Origin: an uncultured Bacteroidota bacterium
GTDB taxonomy: Bacteria; Bacteroidota; Bacteroidia; Chitinophagales; Chitinophagaceae
Length of the DNA stretch: 64,000 bases
Reading direction: 5' to 3'
Assembly: GCA_903903635.1 (NCBI GenBank)
Contig: CAIUZK010000142.1
Location: forward strand, 11,037-75,036
Shown in pieces: positions 40,035 through 48,364 of the stretch (position 1 is its first letter; every line of letters starts with the position of its first letter). The notes beneath the pieces are model-generated. The model was not told where the DNA came from. It searched no databases and saw only the letters and a program-made list of their open reading frames with translations. A program made the position numbers and the translations under genes.

Positions 40035-40495
40035 TGAAAGTAAAAAACCATAAACTTGTTGTGCGGCAGTGGGATAGAAAAATAAGCACCGGCACCTTGT
40101 TACATCCTGTAGAATATGCAGAGGGATGGATACACTCATTGCGATTAACGTTGAATATGTCGCTGAGGCAACTTGGCAACAGAATGGGAATCACACCGCA
40201 AAGTGTACGGGATATACAGCGGCGTGAAAAGGAAGGTACCTTAACTATAAAAACATTAAGGGATGCAGCAGAAGCGCTGGATATGAAACTGGTTTATTCT
40301 TTTATTCCTAAAGATGGGACATTGGAACAAATGATAGACCGAAAGGCGAATGAAATGGCTACAAAGATTGTAAAAAGAACATCGACAACCATGCGGCTGG
40401 AAGATCAGGAAAATACTGATGAAAGGATACATGAAGCAATCATGGAATTAACCGAAGACATAAAAAGAAACATGCCAAAAAAACTATGGGACTAG
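40034..40495 (+). CDS. Mobile mystery protein A (XRE HTH regulator)
   Basis: GWIHSLRLTLNMSLRQLGNRMGITPQSVRDIQRREKEGTLT...TTMRLEDQ...KKLWD. Confidence 0.9.
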   Translation: MKVKNHKLVVRQWDRKISTGTLLHPVEYAEGWIHSLRLTLNMSLRQLGNRMGITPQSVRDIQRREKEGTLTIKTLRDAAEALDMKLVYSFIPKDGTLEQMIDRKANEMATKIVKRTSTTMRLEDQENTDERIHEAIMELTEDIKRNMPKKLWD

Positions 40496-40587
40496 CTCTT
40501 ATTTATGATTATGGGCAAACTCCGCTTGATGATGATGAAATTTGCCAGATCATAAGTTCAGTATTCTACTATTCTAATAAGCCATAG
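40486..40587 (+). pseudogene. Truncated mobile mystery protein B (Fic family); N-terminal stub only
   Basis: MGLALIYDYGQTPLDDDE overlaps the 3' end of A as in intact pairs; similarity ends near 40539 and a stop follows at 40585-40587. Confidence 0.8.
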
Positions 40588-40621
40588 ATAAAGTATATTT
40601 ACTTACACTAATACCTGAAAA

Positions 40622-41293
40622 ATGAAGCGGCTCATCTGTTTATTGGTTTTTTGCTTGTTTTGGCAAACTGGATTTTGCCAGGGAGGCTGTGCTATTCAGC
40701 TAGATAAAATGAATATCCTTATTTCGGGTATTGACAATCCCATAACCGTCGCAGTATATGATACAAAAGAATCGTCAATATTTTTGACTACTAATAATGG
40801 TAAAATTACAGGAACAGGAGGGCACTGTACAATCAGGCCCGATAGTACAGGTGAGGCAGTAGTAGAAGTTTGGAAAAAGACAACTAAAGGATCACATAAA
40901 GTCGGAGAATCAAAGTTCAGAGTGAGGCGATATCCTGATCCTGTGCTAACATTACAATATAAAACAGGAGGTAAATTGGATGCTGCACTTGCACGTGCCC
41001 AGATTGCACCCGCTGCGAGATGGACTGAATATTATGGAATATGTGCACAGGCTAAAATAACAGGCTTTGCGCTTATAATTTTAAGAGACAATAAATTATT
41101 TTTCATGGGCAGTGCTCATAATTCAAATTCAGTAATATTTAGTGACAATAAAGATGTTGCTCAGGCTATGGAATCACTCATCCCTGGGGATATATTGCTT
41201 TTTTCAGAAATAACCGCTAGGGTGACAGATGGTAAAGAACGCCATTTGCAACCTGCTGAGTTTCTGATAACCGACAAGGACGAAAAAGAATGA
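40622..41293 (+). CDS. GldM C-terminal-domain-like exported protein, paralog 3
   Basis: Signal peptide; LDKMNILISGIDNPITVAV, FRVRRYPDP, PGDILLFSEITARVTDGKERHL, the clearest GldM resemblance of the three. Confidence 0.8.
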   Translation: MKRLICLLVFCLFWQTGFCQGGCAIQLDKMNILISGIDNPITVAVYDTKESSIFLTTNNGKITGTGGHCTIRPDSTGEAVVEVWKKTTKGSHKVGESKFRVRRYPDPVLTLQYKTGGKLDAALARAQIAPAARWTEYYGICAQAKITGFALIILRDNKLFFMGSAHNSNSVIFSDNKDVAQAMESLIPGDILLFSEITARVTDGKERHLQPAEFLITDKDEKE

Positions 41294-41476
41294 GCAGAAT
41301 AATTTCCACACTATGTAATATACAACAAACACACAACTCACAATAATATTTAAACATATTTATTTTAGCCGGAAGAATATTTTGTCAAACAACCTGAAAC
41401 GCAATGCTGGAACGGCTATTATTCTGATGCTGAATTGCTGCTAATTTCACTAATTTAGCACTCAAATTCCATTTAA

Positions 41477-42172
41477 ATGAATAAAGTTGTTGCTGACGCC
41501 GATGAGGCGGTAAAGGATATACCTTCAGGAGCTACGATAATGCTCGGTGGTTTCGGGCTTTGCGGCATTCCTGAAAATTGCATTGCTGCCCTGGTAAAAA
41601 AAGGCATCAATAATCTCACCTGCATCTCCAATAATGCAGGGGTCGATGGTTTTGGCATAGGACTCCTGCTTGAAAGCAAGCAGGTGAAGAAAATGATCTC
41701 TTCCTATGTGGGTGAAAATGCTGAGTTTGAGCGGCAGTTGCTCAGCGGTGAGCTGGAAGTAGAATTAGTACCACAGGGCACGTTGGCTACCCGCTGCATG
41801 GCTACCGGTTATGGTATGCCTGCCGTTTACCTGCTTGCAGGTTATGGCACCGAGGTGGCTGAAGGAAAAGAAGTGCGTAATTTCAACGGCAAGAACTATC
41901 TGCTGGAGTATGCTTTCGATTCCGATTTCGCCATTGTAAAGGCATGGAAAGGCGACCGGACCGGCAACCTTATCTTCCGCGACACTGCCCGTAACTTTAA
42001 TCCCATGATGGCCATGGCCGGCAAGATCACCATTGCCGAGGTAGAAGAACTGGTGGAACCAGGCGAACTGGACCCCAACAACATTCATGTTCCCGGCATT
42101 TATGTACATCGCATTTTTGAAGGTAAGAACTACGAAAAACGTATTGAACAGAGGACGACAAGAAGAAAATAA
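41477..42172 (+). CDS. scoA: 3-oxoacid CoA-transferase subunit A
   Basis: [38 protein letters not shown]. Confidence 0.95.
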   Translation: MNKVVADADEAVKDIPSGATIMLGGFGLCGIPENCIAALVKKGINNLTCISNNAGVDGFGIGLLLESKQVKKMISSYVGENAEFERQLLSGELEVELVPQGTLATRCMATGYGMPAVYLLAGYGTEVAEGKEVRNFNGKNYLLEYAFDSDFAIVKAWKGDRTGNLIFRDTARNFNPMMAMAGKITIAEVEELVEPGELDPNNIHVPGIYVHRIFEGKNYEKRIEQRTTRRK

Positions 42173-42733
42173 TGCGACAATGTGGATGAATGCGTTAATG
42201 TGGGGTCTGAATATTATCATTCCTGATTACCTGAAAACCAGCTGATCCATGAAAAAAGACTTTTCAAATAATCCGCTAATAAGGCATGCTGTAGAATTTT
42301 CTATTATGGTAATAGATTATACTGCAATATTGGAAAGTAACAGAAAGTATGTAATAGCAAATCAGGTATTAAGGAGCGCAACATCTATTGGAGCATCAGT
42401 GATGGAGGCACAAAGTGCTGAGAGTAGAGCAGATTTTATACATAAACTTAAGATTGCCGATAAAGAAGCGCATGAGACCAAATATTGGCTTTATTTGTGT
42501 GAACAAACAGATAGGGCCAATTATAGAACTGAACTAAATAATAAACCAGATGAAATCATGAGGCTTTTGAATTCAATTATTCTATCATCAAAAAAAACAG
42601 CTACACCTAATCAATGACAATGATTATGTTCGGTTATTCATGATTTATCTGAAGGTCGAATACTACAACATTTTTAAACTTTAAAATATTACGGGAAGGC
42701 ACATTGCCGCATTTTTTCCACATTATCGCATTA
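42170..42733. mobile_element. Putative four-helix-bundle cassette bounded by imperfect inverted repeats
   Basis: Left arm 42170-42202 TAATGCGACAATGTGGATGAATGCGTTAATGTG; right arm 42700-42733, whose reverse complement is TAATGCGATAATGTGGAAAAAATGCGGCAATGTG. Confidence 0.6.
42249..42617 (+). CDS. Four helix bundle protein (TIGR02436 / 23S rRNA IVP / Avd-like)
   Basis: IANQVLRSATSIGASVMEAQSAESRADFIHKLKIADKEAHETKYWL. Confidence 0.95.
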   Translation: MKKDFSNNPLIRHAVEFSIMVIDYTAILESNRKYVIANQVLRSATSIGASVMEAQSAESRADFIHKLKIADKEAHETKYWLYLCEQTDRANYRTELNNKPDEIMRLLNSIILSSKKTATPNQ

Positions 42734-42740
42734 ATATATT

Positions 42741-43397
42741 ATGGCACTAAACAAAGAACAAATAGCAAAACGTATAGCTCAGGAACTGAAGGACGGTTTT
42801 TATGTTAACCTGGGTATTGGTATTCCTACACTTGTGGCAAACTACATTCCTGAAGGGGTAGATGTGGTGCTGCAAAGCGAAAATGGCCTGCTAGGCATGG
42901 GGCCTTTCCCATTCGAGGGCGAGGAAGATGCCGACCTCATCAATGCAGGTAAGCAAACCATTACCACCATCCCGGGATCAGCATTTTTCGATAGTGCCAT
43001 GAGCTTCGGTATGATACGGGCCGGAAAGGTCGATCTCACGGTACTCGGCGCTATGGAAGTGGCGGATAATGGGGATATTGCCAACTGGAAGATTCCTAAG
43101 AAAATGGTGAAAGGCATGGGCGGCGCTATGGACCTTGTTGCCGCTGCCAAAAACATAATTGTAGCTATGCAGCACACCAACCCAAAAGGCGAGAGCAAGT
43201 TATTGCCGGCATGCACATTGCCACTTACCGGTGTTGGCTGTGTGAAAAAGATAGTGTCTGACCTCGGCGTTTTTGATGTCACTCCCGATGGATTTGTCTG
43301 CATAGAGTATGCTCCCGGCGTTACCATCGAAGAAATTAAGGCTAAAACTGCTGGCAGGCTTACTATAGCCCCAGATGTAAAGGAAATAGCTGTATAA
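42741..43397 (+). CDS. scoB: 3-oxoacid CoA-transferase subunit B
   Basis: VNLGIGIPTLVAN, LQSENG, DLINAGKQ, VKGMGGAMDLV. Confidence 0.95.
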   Translation: MALNKEQIAKRIAQELKDGFYVNLGIGIPTLVANYIPEGVDVVLQSENGLLGMGPFPFEGEEDADLINAGKQTITTIPGSAFFDSAMSFGMIRAGKVDLTVLGAMEVADNGDIANWKIPKKMVKGMGGAMDLVAAAKNIIVAMQHTNPKGESKLLPACTLPLTGVGCVKKIVSDLGVFDVTPDGFVCIEYAPGVTIEEIKAKTAGRLTIAPDVKEIAV

Positions 43398-43753
43398 TGG
43401 AATCTGTAACCATTTACCACAATGCCCGCTGTGGCAAAAGCCGTGGGGCACTCGAAATATTGCAGCAACATAATATTCCCTTTACCATCAGGTGGTATCT
43501 TACCGAGCCATTGAATAAAAATGAATTGAAAGCACTGGTCAAAAAATTGCAGATTCAAACCTCTGGCCTGGTTCGTAAAAATGAATCCTTATATAAGGAG
43601 CAATATGCAGGGAAAGAAATAATCGAAAAAGAGTGGATCAGTATTTTGGCTGAGCATCCGGTACTTATCGAACGCCCTATTGTGGAGACTGCGGACAGTG
43701 CGATTATCGCGAGGCCGCCTGAACTGCTTTTGGAATTTCTGAAACTAAAATAA
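43397..43753 (+). CDS. ArsC/Spx/MgsR family protein
   Basis: IYHNARCGKSR, HPVLIERPIV; TAATG overlap with scoB. Confidence 0.9.
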   Translation: MESVTIYHNARCGKSRGALEILQQHNIPFTIRWYLTEPLNKNELKALVKKLQIQTSGLVRKNESLYKEQYAGKEIIEKEWISILAEHPVLIERPIVETADSAIIARPPELLLEFLKLK

Positions 43754-43845
43754 TTATAATATTACTCTGCGTTCATTTTAACTATTTCTGCCACGCTTGC
43801 TGGTGTAAAATGCATAACTTTATAGGTTGCTAATCATGCGCTTTA

Positions 43846-45177
43846 ATGCGGTACCTGCTTTTATTCTTTCTCCTGTGTATTTGTTTTCCAACCTTTGCAG
43901 GCAAGCATAAGGACAAGAGAGGTTTGCCCAGAACTGAAGTAGGACTGATGAACAACGTATTAGGTTGCCTCAGCAATAAAGATTCTGTCAACTATTTCAA
44001 TCTGTTTCCCCCTTTCGATTCGCTCTGGCAACTGGTGATACATAACCCCAACCACTCGCCCGAGGCTACGGCTCAGCTCAATAAACTTAAAGAACATCCA
44101 AGGGCCTTAATTGAGTTTGACCCTGCCTACAATCACAGCATCATGACCAGGTTTAACGATTTGCTTCGCAAAGGTGAAGATTCCGGCATACATTGGAAAG
44201 AAATTGTAATGCAGCGCTACGAACTCAGCAGGGAGGTCATCACCAGCCGCACACAAACCGGGTATGATATCATTGTTCCTGAACGCTACAAAGGGTATGT
44301 GTTTGTCAGGGATGTGCTTGGGCGACTCACATTTTGCATCAGCATTACCGAGATCCAGAAAATCAATGGTTATTTCTTTGGCGGACAGGTCCTCAATATC
44401 CTCGAAGCTTCCAGCATCGACCAGTTTCTTCAAAAAGAGGCTGAAGAACAAAAATACTATGAATGGCTTGTAATGAATGCGCAGCTTGATACTGCCAGAG
44501 CAGATTCTGTGCAAAAGGGACTTCTTGATACCACTTCAAAAGATACACTAAACCCCGGCAAAAAACCCGATAATCTCAATGTTGAGCCGGTAGAGGAAGA
44601 TACTTTCAGGAAGAGAAGAGAGATTGTAGACCGGCGATATTATGAGGGTAAATTCGATGAGGAAATACCTGTAAAGCTGTATGTAAGGTATATGAGAGAT
44701 TTGCGCACCAATAAGATCACCGGCTACGATGGACTGTACAAATTTGGCGACCAGGTACAGTATGCCAAACTCAATATCACACGCAGCCCCGAGGGTATCT
44801 GGACCATGGATGACGATCCGCCCATTGGCACAATGGAACTAGAACTGAAATACAAAGTGTATACAGGCTCCTGGACCAATAACGAAAACCAGACAGGTTA
44901 TGATGTGGTCCTGACACAAAAAGATATACCTTCCATAACTCTGGCAAAACTGGATAGAATACTTGAAACAGGTTTGGTTGGCAGGGTAGACGACGAAACC
45001 GGCCCTGTAAAACCAGCCGAACCCATAATTGAGGGTATGGAAAATCAGCCAGATCCCGAAGCGGCAAAAACACCACCGCCTGTAATTAAGAAGAAAAAGA
45101 AAAAAGAAGCCGATCCTGAAGATGAGGAGCCACAACCCAAAAAGAAGAAGGTAAAGAAGGAAGATGAGAACGAATAA
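43846..45177 (+). CDS. Hypothetical exported protein with a Lys/Glu-rich C-terminal tail
   Basis: 443-aa ORF with signal peptide; no family recognised. Confidence 0.75.
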   Translation: MRYLLLFFLLCICFPTFAGKHKDKRGLPRTEVGLMNNVLGCLSNKDSVNYFNLFPPFDSLWQLVIHNPNHSPEATAQLNKLKEHPRALIEFDPAYNHSIMTRFNDLLRKGEDSGIHWKEIVMQRYELSREVITSRTQTGYDIIVPERYKGYVFVRDVLGRLTFCISITEIQKINGYFFGGQVLNILEASSIDQFLQKEAEEQKYYEWLVMNAQLDTARADSVQKGLLDTTSKDTLNPGKKPDNLNVEPVEEDTFRKRREIVDRRYYEGKFDEEIPVKLYVRYMRDLRTNKITGYDGLYKFGDQVQYAKLNITRSPEGIWTMDDDPPIGTMELELKYKVYTGSWTNNENQTGYDVVLTQKDIPSITLAKLDRILETGLVGRVDDETGPVKPAEPIIEGMENQPDPEAAKTPPPVIKKKKKKEADPEDEEPQPKKKKVKKEDENE

Positions 45178-45212
45178 TATTGAGGATTGGATTTTTAAAA
45201 CCAGTTACAACC

Positions 45213-46727
45213 ATGATGCATAAACATGATATTAAGGATTTTGGAGCGCTAAAAAGATCAGGATATTTACCTAAACCGGTGAAGGATGAAATCCGGACAA
45301 ATCTTATAAAATTTATCCAGACCAAAAGCAACCCGTTCTATACCATTCTTGGTTACGAAGACACGGTTATCCCTGATGTGGAACGTGCATTGCTTTCCAG
45401 GCATAATATACTTTTCCTTGGTCTTCGTGGCCAGGCCAAGACCCGCATGGCACGCGAAATGATCAACCTTCTCGATGAGTGGATACCCGTTGTAGCTGGC
45501 AGCGAAATTAACGATGATCCGTTCAGGCCCATTTCGCTCTATGCACGCATGTTGCTCGAAGAAAAAGGGGACGACACACCTATAGCATGGCTGCACCGCA
45601 GTGAGCGCTATGGCGAGAAGCTCGCTACCCCCGATGTTTCTGTCGCCGATCTTATTGGAGATATAGATCCAATCAAGGCCGCAAATATGAGGCTCAGCTT
45701 TGCCGATGAGCAGGCACTGCATTATGGTATCATTCCCCGTTCGCACAGGGGCATCTTTGTTATCAATGAGTTGCCCGACCTCCAGGCGCGTATCCAGGTT
45801 TCTTTATTCAATATCCTGCAGGAGGGCGATATACAGATCAGGGGATTTAAGTTGCGCCTGCCGCTCGATATTCTGTTCATCTTTACTGCAAATCCTGAAG
45901 ATTATACCAACAGGGGAAGCATTGTCACCCCCCTCAAAGACCGCATTGAGAGCCAGATAATTACCCACTATCCCAAAACCATTGAGGTCTCCCGTGCCAT
46001 TACCGGTCAGGAAGCCAATCTGCTGCCCGAACAGGAAAAGAACATTGAAGTTCCCGAAATCTGCTGCCTGCTTATCGAGCAGATAGCCATGGAGGCACGT
46101 AAGAGCGAATTCGTCGATCAGAAAAGTGGCGTTTCTGCAAGGCTCACTATTTCGGCTTACGAAAATCTGGTCAGCACTGCCGAACTGAGAGCGTTGCGTA
46201 ATGGCGAAAAAAACACCATGGTACGTATCTCCGATTTTATTGGCGTAGTGCCCTCCGTCACCGGAAAAATCGAATTGGTTTACGAAGGAGAGCAGGAAGG
46301 CCCCCTCAATGTAGCTTACCGCTTGCTGGGCCTGGCCATACGCAACCTGCTGACCAAGTATTTCCCCGATCCCCAGGCCGTAAAAAAGGGCAGGGATATT
46401 CAGAAAGCCAAAGCAAAAACCAGTCCTTACCAGTCGGTTATAGATTGGTTCGGCAAAGGAAATGATCTGGTACTGTTGCAGGGGCAGAGCGATGCCGACT
46501 GGCTGGCAAACCTCTATAAAGTCGACGGATTATATACCATTGTTAGTCAGCATTACCCCAATGCCGGTGAGCAGCAATCTGGTTTACTCATGGAATTGCT
46601 GCTTCATGGTCTTGCAGAGTTCTCCCTCATCAGCAAAAAAGGAATTGAAAAAGGAGGATATGCATTTGGCGATATGCTGGGCAGCATGCTGAACTTTAGT
46701 CCATCTGATGATGACGATGATTTTTAG
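45213..46727 (+). CDS. AAA+ ATPase, magnesium chelatase subunit I-like
   Basis: LGLRGQAKTR, GDIDPIKAA, INELPDLQARIQV, TANPEDYTNRG, PLKDRI. Likely ATG at 45213. Confidence 0.9.
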   Translation: MMHKHDIKDFGALKRSGYLPKPVKDEIRTNLIKFIQTKSNPFYTILGYEDTVIPDVERALLSRHNILFLGLRGQAKTRMAREMINLLDEWIPVVAGSEINDDPFRPISLYARMLLEEKGDDTPIAWLHRSERYGEKLATPDVSVADLIGDIDPIKAANMRLSFADEQALHYGIIPRSHRGIFVINELPDLQARIQVSLFNILQEGDIQIRGFKLRLPLDILFIFTANPEDYTNRGSIVTPLKDRIESQIITHYPKTIEVSRAITGQEANLLPEQEKNIEVPEICCLLIEQIAMEARKSEFVDQKSGVSARLTISAYENLVSTAELRALRNGEKNTMVRISDFIGVVPSVTGKIELVYEGEQEGPLNVAYRLLGLAIRNLLTKYFPDPQAVKKGRDIQKAKAKTSPYQSVIDWFGKGNDLVLLQGQSDADWLANLYKVDGLYTIVSQHYPNAGEQQSGLLMELLLHGLAEFSLISKKGIEKGGYAFGDMLGSMLNFSPSDDDDDF

Positions 46728-46742
46728 TAGGCATAAAGACCA

Positions 46743-46782
46743 AAATAAACAGCCGTCCGGTATATCGAACGGCTGTTTATTT
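46743..46782. terminator. Bidirectional hairpin terminator
   Basis: AAATAAACAGCCGT-N12-ACGGCTGTTTATTT. Confidence 0.85.
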
Positions 46783-46965
46783 CGGTCACCAAGTCATCCC
46801 TGATAGGTTGCTCTCCAGCAGAGCCCACTTCCGTTTCGCTTGATAATATAAAGGTAGATAATGTCAAAAATCAAAAGAAAACTGGCATAAAAAAACAGCC
46901 TGCTTTTTGTCCATTACGCCAAATTCCAAAAAACAATATTGATATGATACTGGTTATGGCAAAGC

Positions 46966-47331
46966 CTACTTGCCAATAACCGCTTTCCGATGTGAACGGC
47001 CCCAAAGACGCAATTCATTGATAAGGCGCTCTAGTGAACGGCCATGCTGCGTAAGTTCATATTTCACGGTCACAGGCCGACTTTCCATGACGGTTCTTTT
47101 TACCAGCAGGTTCATTTCCAGATCCTGAAGTTCTTTCGAGAGCATTTTTGCACCAATGCCATCAAGTATACGCTGTATCTCCAGGAATTGTAGTGCACCG
47201 CCGCAATTAAGCGTGGTAATGAGCTGTATCTTCCATTTGCCACTGAGAATGGCGATGGTGTCCATTGCTGCTATCAACTCATCATCCTTGGTGCAGGTGA
47301 TGTCGAGGATTATTGGTTCTTTCTTTTTCAT
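46966..47331 (-). CDS. HxlR family winged-helix regulator
   Basis: LSGKWKIQLI, GIGAKMLSKELQDLEMN, VKYELTQHG. Confidence 0.93.
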   Translation of the reverse strand: MKKKEPIILDITCTKDDELIAAMDTIAILSGKWKIQLITTLNCGGALQFLEIQRILDGIGAKMLSKELQDLEMNLLVKRTVMESRPVTVKYELTQHGRSLERLINELRLWGRSHRKAVIGK

Positions 47332-47484
47332 TGTTCCTTATTCGCGTGTAACAAATTTAGGTGAAAGAAATGGGCTAAATCAGTTCCCTCTGGTAAAGTG
47401 CTTTCCCAAATGGAAGCTCAATGAGTTGCGATGATGGGGTAGTTAACTTTGCTGTAATAAAACAGTAACCATAAAACTTAATCT

Positions 47485-47814
47485 ATGTCAGTAATACTAA
47501 CAGACTCAAATTTTGAGTCCCTTATATTGGGTTCCGAAAAACCAGCTATCATTGATTTCTGGGCCACATGGTGTTCGCCATGTATTGCCCTGGGACCAAC
47601 AATTGATGCCCTGGGTAGAGACTATGAGGGCAGGGTAAATGTAGGCAAGTTGAACGTAGATGAGAACCCCGATACATCTCTGAAATATGGAGTAACAAAT
47701 CTGCCCTGCATTCTGTTTTTAAAGAATGGCAAGATAGTGGACAAGCATATAGGTGTAGCGCCAAAAGCAGTATACGACAAAAAGATAAGGCGGCTGCTGG
47801 AGGCAGGGAATTAA
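47485..47814 (+). CDS. trxA: Thioredoxin
   Basis: IDFWATWCSPC, VGKLNVDENP, LPCILFLKNG. Confidence 0.93.
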   Translation: MSVILTDSNFESLILGSEKPAIIDFWATWCSPCIALGPTIDALGRDYEGRVNVGKLNVDENPDTSLKYGVTNLPCILFLKNGKIVDKHIGVAPKAVYDKKIRRLLEAGN

Positions 47815-47929
47815 TTCTTATGGTGGGAGTTATTTTCTTCGTTCCTAAGGGTACTGACCGTCCTGTTTTAGCCTGATTTTTTGTCCATCAATTCAGTTAA
47901 TGTTTTATGCTCTCCGCCTTAATTATCTG

Positions 47930-48234
47930 CTTTCATAGCGTTTTGGTACACCAAATAAATTACACGAGAAAATTTTATAGAAGTAAGCCAGACTATACGC
48001 TTACAGCGGTTACATATCGATTAATCAGTTGGGCGCATAAAAAGTACAAGAAGTTACTGGGAAGGTTCAAAATGCATATAAAGGGGTACGAGGGTTACAA
48101 AAATCCAATCCCAAAACTATTTGTTCATTGGGCATAAATGCAGCAAGGTCTGAATAATAAGAGTCGTATGACGAGAGATTGTCAAGTACGGTTCTGTAAG
48201 CGGCTTTGGGTGAAATTCACCTTGCCTGCTCGAT
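47930..48234 (+). mobile_element. 3' remnant of a group II intron (maturase X-domain tail plus RNA domains V and VI)
   Basis: Peptide NYTRKFYRS...WAHKKYKK...PKLFVHW; domain V GAGTCGTATGACGAGAGATTGTCAAGTACGGTTC at 48161-48194; domain VI ending CTCGAT at 48234. The 5' boundary is approximate. Confidence 0.88.
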
Positions 48235-48364
48235 AACACCAATTTCCGAACAACTTAAAAACAAAAAAACTGTGCAAATACATAATAACAACATAGCATT
48301 TTTTTATATTTGCAGTTGTCGGTTCTATTTTGCACAATAGATTACAAACCCATAACCATGATAT

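Noticed and set aside
38335-41293. Integron cassette array or CRISPR interpretation of the repeated leaders
   Set aside because: The repeats are direct 5' leaders, not palindromic attC sites; spacing is gene-length; no integrase or cas gene is present.
42249-42617. DGR or rRNA operon suggested by the Avd/IVP-like protein
   Set aside because: No reverse transcriptase, template/variable repeat pair or rRNA sequence nearby; the intron remnant 5 kb away has no RT.
47907-48137. 76-aa ORF as an intact gene
   Set aside because: The N-terminal part is unrelated sequence; only the C-terminal part matches a decayed maturase tail.
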